A stretch of DNA of 22,400 nucleotides from Chthonomonas calidirosea (lineage in GTDB: Bacteria; Armatimonadota; Fimbriimonadia; Fimbriimonadales; Fimbriimonadaceae). Shown in pieces: positions 16,283 through 22,400 of the stretch. Below the pieces are notes generated by a model. It made no database searches, was not told where the DNA came from, and was given only the letters and a program-made list of their open reading frames with translations. Location of the stretch: the NCBI GenBank assembly GCA_945859975.1, contig CAMAPH010000043.1:1-22400 (forward strand). Direction: 5' to 3'. The translations under genes were made by a program, and so were the position numbers. Within the stretch, counting starts at the first letter, position 1. Each line of letters opens with the position of its first letter.

Positions 16283-16441
16283 TCAACTGCGCTCGCAGAT
16301 CGTTGATAGCCCCAGTTGCACATTCCCGTCAGATTGTTCGGCGAAATTCGTTATCAGGTTCACCTTAGTAACCTCCAGCTCGAGCTCGCCAAGTACGCGA
16401 GCCATCGTTTCCAGATTTTTGAGCTGCGGTGAGGGTCTCAT
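16283..16441 (-). pseudogene. N-terminal remnant of the partner gene (putative AbiEii-like nucleotidyltransferase)
   Basis: ATG 16441 overlaps the upstream TGA (ATGA); MRPSPQLKNLETMARVLGELELEV resembles the start of the usual partner protein, but the expected V(F/L)xGG motif does not follow and the frame stops after 52 aa. Confidence 0.45.
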
Positions 16442-16880
16442 TTGTCTCTCAGTCGCTTTGCCAGTTCGGCCCTCGCCAGGTTCTGCTCGCGCGAGTTTCC
16501 GATCCGCAGAGCGTCGACGAGGGCCAGGTACTGGTACAGCACAGAATCTTGGGCAGCGGCGATGGGCACGGTTTTGTAGATCGGTTCACACGCGATTCCT
16601 CGAACGCTCCCTTCTGCGGTTGGCCAAACCGGACCGAGACCTTCCTGTTCTAGGATTTGCGAGTTCAGCGGCGGGGCAGATCTTTCGGTTGCCATGCCTC
16701 GCGCCTCACCACCTCGCGCGGCCGGAAAGAAGTACTTAAGGGCGATCTGTGACTCTAGGAGGGCGAGCTTTCGGACCGACAGGTCCTTGCCGAGAAGTCC
16801 CGAAGCGATCGCTCAACTTGCCGCCAAATGAGCCTGAGACGAACCGATCCCGAAGGATTGGCCAAGTTCGCAAATGATCC
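16438..16880 (-). pseudogene. inactivated HTH-containing putative antitoxin/regulator (AbiEi/type IV TA-associated type)
   Basis: Frame reads ELGQSFGIGSSQAHLAAS*AIASGLL...ALLE..ALKYFFPA.RG..RGMAT..SAPPL...PVWP..EGSVRG..EPIYKTVP.AA..D..LYQYLALVDALRIG.REQ.LA..EL; in-frame TGA at 16813-16815, probable frameshift near 16870, N-terminus missing. Confidence 0.7.
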
Positions 16881-16977
16881 TTGTGCGGAGCAGGATGTTT
16901 CTGGTCGTCAAGTCACCACAAACGGTATCATCGACTAGAATAACTTTCCAGCAAAAAACGCGAGGAACTTAAAACGA

Positions 16978-17364
16978 ATGATAACGAAGGAAAATTGCTC
17001 CACGGAGGCGCTGTCTCAAATTTTGGAATCTGCGTTCATTGATCATTCAATAGACGAAAATCACATAACGGTCCGAATGGGCCGAGTAAAAACGCTAGTG
17101 GAGGCCAATGTACATTTTGTGAATATGTTGGTATTTTGGATGGCAGAGGCCGGGTTATCGGAGCAATCTCTTTTGTCGTCAGTAAACGCTATTAATAATA
17201 CTTACAAGTTTCCAAAAGTTTATCTGCACGATGGAACCATCGTGGTTGCCCAATTTGCAATGTTGGTTGGAGCTGGCATACCAGAACGGTCGCTTGTAGA
17301 GGCCCTGCGCCTCATGAGTGACCTTTTGACGACAATGCCGGAACTGGACGCAATCACGAGCTAA
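16978..17364 (+). CDS. YbjN-domain (type III chaperone-like fold) protein
   Basis: 128 aa; LL..VNAINNTYKFPKVYL.DG pattern typical of YbjN family; GAGG RBS and TAGAAT upstream. Confidence 0.72.
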   Translation: MITKENCSTEALSQILESAFIDHSIDENHITVRMGRVKTLVEANVHFVNMLVFWMAEAGLSEQSLLSSVNAINNTYKFPKVYLHDGTIVVAQFAMLVGAGIPERSLVEALRLMSDLLTTMPELDAITS

Positions 17365-17430
17365 AGAATCGCGGCGGTCATGTTTACATCTTCGCGAAGC
17401 TAGCAATTCAGATGTACGGTCTGGAGCAGG

Positions 17431-17691
17431 CTAATGCTTTGCTTCCGAGATGAATGAAAATTTAAACGATAGCGAAGTGCATACGCGGCTTCCAGTATGG
17501 ATGCAGAAACGCAGATATATCCTTGGCGCTAGTCTGCGAAAGTCCTCGTGCAACCGCAAGAGATAACCGGAGATAGCATCCATGTCAATCTGCTGATGGC
17601 GCATCGGCCAGATAGCGTTAAAGTTCTTGTTGTTAGTGCCTGCAAGCCAGACGGCAAGTGACATCAAGCTCAACGGCAAGACGATCAGCAA
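17431..17691 (-). other. possible degraded membrane-protein gene fragment
   Basis: Short ORF with one hydrophobic stretch (LYVVLLIVLPLSLMSLAVWLAG); no convincing start or family. Confidence 0.2.
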
Positions 17692-17811
17692 AACAACGTA
17701 TAGGTTATTGAACGTGCACTGGCAAATGTACTTGTGTTGGCAAGCGCATTATTCCAGATAGGTTGCTGTGCCGTGCTCAGCAAAGTATAGTTCAAGACGG
17801 GGTCTTAAAAT

Positions 17812-18495
17812 ATGCCAACGATTAAACAACATATCGCTACATTAGAAACAAGCCAAGACGAAGCGATCCGTCTCAAACGACAGGGTCAGCTCACCTTGGC
17901 TAGCGCACACTATGAACGCATTGTAAAGCGCGCTGGCAGGATTCTCACTACAGAATCTTTCTCTCCGAGAGAAGAAGAGTTCTTTTTGTGTCATTTTGGT
18001 GCAATATTGTCTGGGTACGGAAAATGTCTGTTTGCCGCCGGTCACTTCATGCAGGCAAAGCAAGCATTCAGCTTTTTCGCAAGATGTCTCGAGTACAGCA
18101 ATGATGATAAGAAGCTCCGATATTTCCACTACGCAGAACTATGCGAACTTGGGATCGCTGCCGACTATTCGGAAAAAATGTTTTCATCAAACTTTCTTCA
18201 GAGAATATCGATTGCTTCTGTTCTTGAATCTGAAAAGGCATGCTTTATGGCTGGTGGAACGTACGCGGAACCACAAATCAAGTTAGAGGATGTCAACGCA
18301 GTTGAAGTGCCGCTATTCATCTCTATTCTTGAGTTGAACCAGCTACCGACGGATACAGCACTTACTCTAAGTGGTTGGCTTGTTTACTGTGGCATTAGAA
18401 GATTTGAACGACATCGTGCTCCTCTTGTGGCCTCACCCATCAAGTATTGGGCGAAAGCTTACGGCATCGATGCATGGCTGGAATGGGAAGACTGA
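17812..18495 (+). CDS. hypothetical protein with TPR-like helical N-terminal half
   Basis: 227-aa AT-rich ORF; A..HYE and YGKCLFAAGHFMQAKQAF resemble TPR helices; TATAGT upstream. Confidence 0.7.
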   Translation: MPTIKQHIATLETSQDEAIRLKRQGQLTLASAHYERIVKRAGRILTTESFSPREEEFFLCHFGAILSGYGKCLFAAGHFMQAKQAFSFFARCLEYSNDDKKLRYFHYAELCELGIAADYSEKMFSSNFLQRISIASVLESEKACFMAGGTYAEPQIKLEDVNAVEVPLFISILELNQLPTDTALTLSGWLVYCGIRRFERHRAPLVASPIKYWAKAYGIDAWLEWED

Positions 18496-18675
18496 TTGCC
18501 GGCGGACCCTTCCAGTGGTATCGAGTGCGCGACAATGCTGGCAACAAAAAAGTACTTTGGGAACTTGCAGTCCTGTGGGCGAGGACTGCCCGTTATCAAA
18601 TCAGAGAGGAGCACGAAGCAATCGCCCTGTTCTGGTAAGTTGCGAGTCAACTTCCAACAGTAACAATGCCCTACC

Positions 18676-19341
18676 ATGACCACAGCCACCATCCTCGCCC
18701 GACTTGAAGCGCTCTCCGACCCGAAGCTCAAAGAGCAGAACGCCAAGCGGGGCGTGAGTGAGAACCAGTTTGGGGTGAAGATGGGGGATATTCGGGGGTT
18801 GGCTAAGGAGATCAAGCTGAATACCGAACTGGCCAAGGAGCTTTGGGCGACGGGGAATTATGAGGCGATGCTGCTCGCGATCTTGCTGATGAAGCCGAAG
18901 CAGCTTTCGGAAGACGAGGTTGAGGGCATGGTGCGGACGGTGAAGGATGCTTGGGTGGCGGATTGGTTAAGCAGCTACGTGATTAAGCAGCATCCGCGAA
19001 AGGAGGCTTTTCGGGAGAAATGGATGACGGAGAGCCACGAGATGGCGGCGCGGTTTGGGTGGAGTTTGACGGCGGAGCGGATTGCGAAGAGTCCGGAAGG
19101 GATTGATTTGGATGCGATCCTCACGCGGATTGAGGCCGAGATGCTCACCGCTCCGGAGTTGGTGAAGTGGACGATGAACTACGCGCTCGCGGAGACGGGG
19201 ATCAACCATCCCGAGTACCGCGAGCGCGCGATTGCGATTGGCGAGAAGCTTGGGGTGTACCGGGACTACCCGACTTCTAAAGGGTGCACTTCCCCGTTTG
19301 CGCCGATCTGGATTAACGAGATGGTTAGCCGCCAGTCTTGA
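18676..19341 (+). CDS. DNA alkylation repair protein (AlkD-like HEAT-repeat family)
   Basis: FGVKMGDIRGLAKEIK...LAKELWATGNYEAMLLA, W.ADW, VKWTMN..LA..GI, C-terminal KGCTSPFAPIWI. Confidence 0.87.
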   Translation: MTTATILARLEALSDPKLKEQNAKRGVSENQFGVKMGDIRGLAKEIKLNTELAKELWATGNYEAMLLAILLMKPKQLSEDEVEGMVRTVKDAWVADWLSSYVIKQHPRKEAFREKWMTESHEMAARFGWSLTAERIAKSPEGIDLDAILTRIEAEMLTAPELVKWTMNYALAETGINHPEYRERAIAIGEKLGVYRDYPTSKGCTSPFAPIWINEMVSRQS

Positions 19342-19831
19342 GATACTTGTCGGGGATCACGGTCGACGGGTCTTCGCTTTGCCAATAGATGGTAACGACC
19401 CACCAGCGCTTGCCGTCGTTCCAAAGTTGGAAGCTATTGATTCCGCGCATGAACGGCTTGTCGTCGCTGAGCTTAGTGCGGGCTTCGTAGGTGCTAAAGA
19501 CGTGGGCGATGTTGCCGTACTGCTCGGTCTTTTGGGCGACTTCTTTCTCGAAGAAGCCGCGTTCTTCGAGAATCGGGCCGCTTTGCTTGATGTAGTCCTC
19601 GACGGTGATGGAGCGCTTGCGGACTTCGCCAGTGGGGGTTTTGCCGACGGCGATCATGCGGGCTTCGGGTTGGAAGAGGGAGCGCATTTTGTCCCAATCC
19701 CGCTTTTCGCCCGCCGGGCCGGAAATGACTTTGTAGACGGCAGCGATGGTGCCTTCGATGGTCGTTAGGTCGTCCGCCTTCGGACCGGAGATCGCAAAGG
19801 CGGAGAGGGCGAGGAAGGAGCACGCGGTCAT
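19325..19831 (-). CDS. exported NTF2/SnoaL-fold hypothetical protein
   Basis: Signal-like N-terminus; YKVISGPAGEKRDWD.MRSLF.P.AR, GFFEKE, YGNIAHVFSTYE, RGINSFQL..DG.RWWV; ATG 19831 overlaps the dehydratase TGA. Confidence 0.82.
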   Translation of the reverse strand: MTACSFLALSAFAISGPKADDLTTIEGTIAAVYKVISGPAGEKRDWDKMRSLFQPEARMIAVGKTPTGEVRKRSITVEDYIKQSGPILEERGFFEKEVAQKTEQYGNIAHVFSTYEARTKLSDDKPFMRGINSFQLWNDGKRWWVVTIYWQSEDPSTVIPDKYLKTGG

Positions 19832-21789
19832 GCGGGGAGTATAGCGGGGCCTAGCGCAGCTTCGAGGGTGGTTAGGTCCTCCACGCACCCGCCCCAGGGG
19901 CCGCCGCTGAGGTGTTGAATGAGGGCCCATTGGCGGATGTAGTCGGGCAGGTGGGGGTCAATTTCTAGGTCTGCCCGCTTCGTGCGCTGGGCGAGGATTT
20001 GGTCTCCTCGTTCGGCAGAAACGGCTTCCCCATTTTCGCCGACGAGGTTGAGGGAGCCTTGAAGGCGCTTAGTGTCGAGGAAGATTTCGACCATGTCGCC
20101 ATCGCGGAGTTTGCCGAGGTTGGAGTTCGGGGCGAGGGCTTCGGGCGAGACGTGGCCGAAGCAGGGGCCGGTGGTGACGCCGGAGAAGCGGGCGTCGGTG
20201 ATGAGGGCGCAGTCGGAGAGCTCGGCGATGCCTTTGAGGGCGGCGGTGACTTCGTAGGTCTCCGGCATTCCGGCGCCGAGGGGGCCGCGACACATGATGA
20301 CGATGACTTCTCCGGGCCGGACGGTGCCGGATTTGACGGCGTTGATGGCGCTGGATTCGTTCGTGAACGTTCGGCAGGGGGCGGTTTTTCGGTAAATGCC
20401 ATCGGCATCTAGGAGGCGGCGGTGGATGGAGGTCGCCTTGACGACGCTGCCTTCGGGGGCGATGTTTCCGGTCGGGTAGGCGACGGTTGGGCCGAAGCCG
20501 AGGGCACTGGCACGGGCGGGGGAGAGGATGACGTCGTCGGGGTCGATGCCGTCTTCAGCGAGGAGGCGTTCGCGCAGGATTCGGCGGCGGTCGCTGGCTT
20601 TCCAGAGCAGGAGGTTTTCGCCGAGAGTGAGTCCGGTGACGGTGAGGGCATCGAGGTCGAGCAGGTTGAGCTCGGCGAGGTGGAGCATGACTTCGGGCAC
20701 GCCGCCGGCCATGAAAACGCGGACGGTGGGGTGGATTCCGGTGGGCAGGCAATCGACGATGCGCGGGACTTTGAGGTTGATTTCGTGGAAGTCTTCGCGG
20801 GTTGGTCGCCGAAGTCCGGCGGCGTGGGCGATGGCCGGAATGTGGAGGAGGAGATTGGTCGAGCCACCCATGGCGGCGTGGACGGTCATCGCGTTTCGGA
20901 TGGCGGCGTCGGTGAGGATCTGCTTTACGCCGAGGCCGGTTTGGCGCATTTTGACAATGGACTGGGCCGAATCTCGGGCGAGGTCGGTCCAGATTTCGAA
21001 GCCAGACGGGGCGAGGGCGGCGTGGGTGAGGGCGAGGCCCATGGCTTCGGCGACGGCTTGCGCGGTGGCGGCGGTGCCAAAGAACTGACAGCCTCCGCCG
21101 GGGGTCGCGCAGGCTTTGCAGCCGAGATCTTGGGCTTGTTCTAGGTTCACTACGCCTTTGGCAAAGCGAGCGCCGAGGCTTTGGATCGTGCCGGCGTCTT
21201 CGCCTTCTTCGGGCGGAAGCGTCACGCCGCCGGGGACGATGATGCCGGGGAGATTGCCGGGAAATTGGCAGAGCGAGGCAATGAGCATCGTCATTGCGGG
21301 CAGGCCCTTATCGCAAGTGGCGATGCCGAGCACGCCTTCGGCGCAAGGGATTCCGCGGAGCTGGGTGGCGAGGCTTTTGAAGATGACGTTGCGGGAGGCG
21401 AGGCTGATGTTTGCCCAAATGGTGCCTTGGGTTCGGCCGTCGCAAGTGTCGCTGGTGTGGAGGGCAAAGGGCAGCTGGCCGAGGCGGCGGAATTCGTGGG
21501 CAGCGACTTCGACGAGTTTGTAGAGCTCGTTGTGGCCGGTGTGGGCGCCGATGGCGGCGTTTGGCCAGCCGCCAAGGGTGCTCAGGATGACCATGTTCGG
21601 GTCGGTGGCGTTTGCGCCGGAGCCGCTCATTCCGGCGTTTTGGGACATGCCGAAGAGGTCGCCGCTGGGGCGGTTCAGTAGGTCGTCCTCGGTGTAGCCG
21701 AGGGTGCCCTCGGGGCCGGGGCTCTTGAGGGGGAACTCGAGGCTCGGCGAGTTACTCAGGTGCCGATTTAGAAGGTCATCGGTTGGCAT
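19828..21789 (-). CDS. yagF: YjhG/YagF-family D-xylonate (sugar-acid) dehydratase, IlvD/EDD superfamily
   Basis: PSGDLFG, HTGH.E, CDGRTQG, ATCDKGLP, GC.ACA.PGGGCQF.GTA, GGSTNLLLHIPAIAHAAG, TDARFSG, GHVSPEA. Confidence 0.88.
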   Translation of the reverse strand: MPTDDLLNRHLSNSPSLEFPLKSPGPEGTLGYTEDDLLNRPSGDLFGMSQNAGMSGSGANATDPNMVILSTLGGWPNAAIGAHTGHNELYKLVEVAAHEFRRLGQLPFALHTSDTCDGRTQGTIWANISLASRNVIFKSLATQLRGIPCAEGVLGIATCDKGLPAMTMLIASLCQFPGNLPGIIVPGGVTLPPEEGEDAGTIQSLGARFAKGVVNLEQAQDLGCKACATPGGGCQFFGTAATAQAVAEAMGLALTHAALAPSGFEIWTDLARDSAQSIVKMRQTGLGVKQILTDAAIRNAMTVHAAMGGSTNLLLHIPAIAHAAGLRRPTREDFHEINLKVPRIVDCLPTGIHPTVRVFMAGGVPEVMLHLAELNLLDLDALTVTGLTLGENLLLWKASDRRRILRERLLAEDGIDPDDVILSPARASALGFGPTVAYPTGNIAPEGSVVKATSIHRRLLDADGIYRKTAPCRTFTNESSAINAVKSGTVRPGEVIVIMCRGPLGAGMPETYEVTAALKGIAELSDCALITDARFSGVTTGPCFGHVSPEALAPNSNLGKLRDGDMVEIFLDTKRLQGSLNLVGENGEAVSAERGDQILAQRTKRADLEIDPHLPDYIRQWALIQHLSGGPWGGCVEDLTTLEAALGPAILPA

Positions 21790-21791
21790 GT

Positions 21792-22400
21792 TTAGAACCC
21801 GAATTGGACGACTTTGGTTTCTGCTTCTAGCCGTCCGAGCTGGGGGCTGGAGATGGTGACGATGTCGCCGGGTTCGAGCGCGAACTGGATGGGCGGGATG
21901 ATGCCGGTACCGGTGAAGAGGGCGAATCCAGCTTCGAACGTGCCGTCTGGTTCGGCGGCGAGGGTGCGGGCGTGACGGACGAGGCTCTCTGGGGTGCGCT
22001 TCATTTGGCTACTGCCGTATTCATCGCCGTACATGCTTTCGCCGTTTCGGTGGATTTCCATGCGGATGATGATTTCGGGCTGAGGAAGTTCCGGCGAGAA
22101 GACGGTGAGCCAGGGGCAGAGGGTGGTGCAGCCGGGGTAGGTTTTGGCGGCCGGAAGGTAAAGCGGGCTGAGGCTTTCGAGCTGGCGGGCGGTGGTGTCG
22201 CTGCCGAGGGTTTCGGCGATGATTTCGCCTTGTCGGTTTACGATGAGGACGCGCTCGGGTTCGGGGACGCTGTTGCCAATCGCGCCATCTTCCCCGCCGT
22301 CGGGGCGGATCCAGAGTTCGTTTGGCGCGGCAAGGTGGCCGGTGCGAATGGCCTTGAAAAAAACTTCGGGCGGGTTGGCGGGGTCGTAGACGACGTCGTA
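21792..22400 (-). CDS. fumarylacetoacetate-hydrolase-family protein, 2-keto-3-deoxy-pentonate dehydratase type; 5' end outside window
   Basis: Own translation open from 22400: YDVVYD...PEVFFKA...VPEPE..LIVN..GEII...G.D...R.LE...PLYLP.AK.Y...FTGTGIIPP..F.L.PGD.V.I; the ORF track shows only the last 89 aa. Confidence 0.87.
   Translation of the reverse strand, partial: YDVVYDPANPPEVFFKAIRTGHLAAPNELWIRPDGGEDGAIGNSVPEPERVLIVNRQGEIIAETLGSDTTARQLESLSPLYLPAAKTYPGCTTLCPWLTVFSPELPQPEIIIRMEIHRNGESMYGDEYGSSQMKRTPESLVRHARTLAAEPDGTFEAGFALFTGTGIIPPIQFALEPGDIVTISSPQLGRLEAETKVVQFGF

Larger units (their letters stand above)
14993..18675. mobile_element. tRNA-adjacent accessory islet (degenerate, no mobility genes seen)
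   Basis: Starts right after the tRNA; visibly AT-richer than flanks, orphan ORFs, pseudogenes and long non-coding gaps. No integrase or tRNA 3'-end duplication found; right boundary approximate. Confidence 0.55.

Noticed and set aside
16045..16368. Short ORFs on both strands between the membrane protein and the TA remnant; possible IS end at the truncation point near 16370
   Set aside because: No recognisable protein, no matching inverted repeat or target duplication found.
18492..18638. LIAGGPFQWY resembling the C5-methyltransferase GGPPCQ motif
   Set aside because: Catalytic PC absent, no ENV motif, short frame; cannot be distinguished from chance without a profile search.
14960..18700. 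attL/attR duplication of the tRNA 3' end bounding the islet
   Set aside because: No second copy of TTCGAATCCCC or TATCTCCACCA found by eye in the window.
19325..19341. 17-bp convergent overlap of AlkD-like and NTF2-like genes
   Set aside because: Short tail-to-tail overlaps are common in compact genomes.
21660..21789. DDLLNR occurs twice in the dehydratase N-terminus
   Set aside because: Six residues with diverged codons; no evidence of a larger duplication.
1..22400. CRISPR array or integron attC cassette array
   Set aside because: No regularly spaced repeats and no recurring intergenic motif between islet genes.

Overview
GC-rich bacterial chromosomal window; gene content and short leaders suggest an Armatimonadota/Fimbriimonadia-like organism (inference only). 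Left half (1-12808) is a tightly packed minus-strand run: GH38 alpha-mannosidase, CHASE histidine kinase, gltX, hisD, beta-hydroxyacid dehydrogenase, a nucleoside-type ABC transporter (ATPase + 2 permeases) and an unknown protein running off the edge. Divergently on plus: an atypical DprA/Smf (SLOG) gene, tdh and tRNA-Ala(GGC). Downstream of the tRNA lies a ~3.7 kb AT-richer accessory islet with no integrase or att repeat: a palindrome-rich non-coding stretch, orphan ORFs, a YbjN-like gene and a decayed two-gene antitoxin/nucleotidyltransferase-type module. The right end holds an AlkD-like gene, an exported NTF2-like protein and an oxidative pentose pair (YagF/YjhG sugar-acid dehydratase + FAH-family KDX dehydratase). 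Most notable: a perfect 22-bp palindrome over the promoter/start of the DprA-like gene, a Tdh that has lost all four structural-zinc cysteines, strong orientation-independent G skew around the islet, and recurrent -10 boxes just upstream of start codons. No complete novel system can be demonstrated from the sequence alone.
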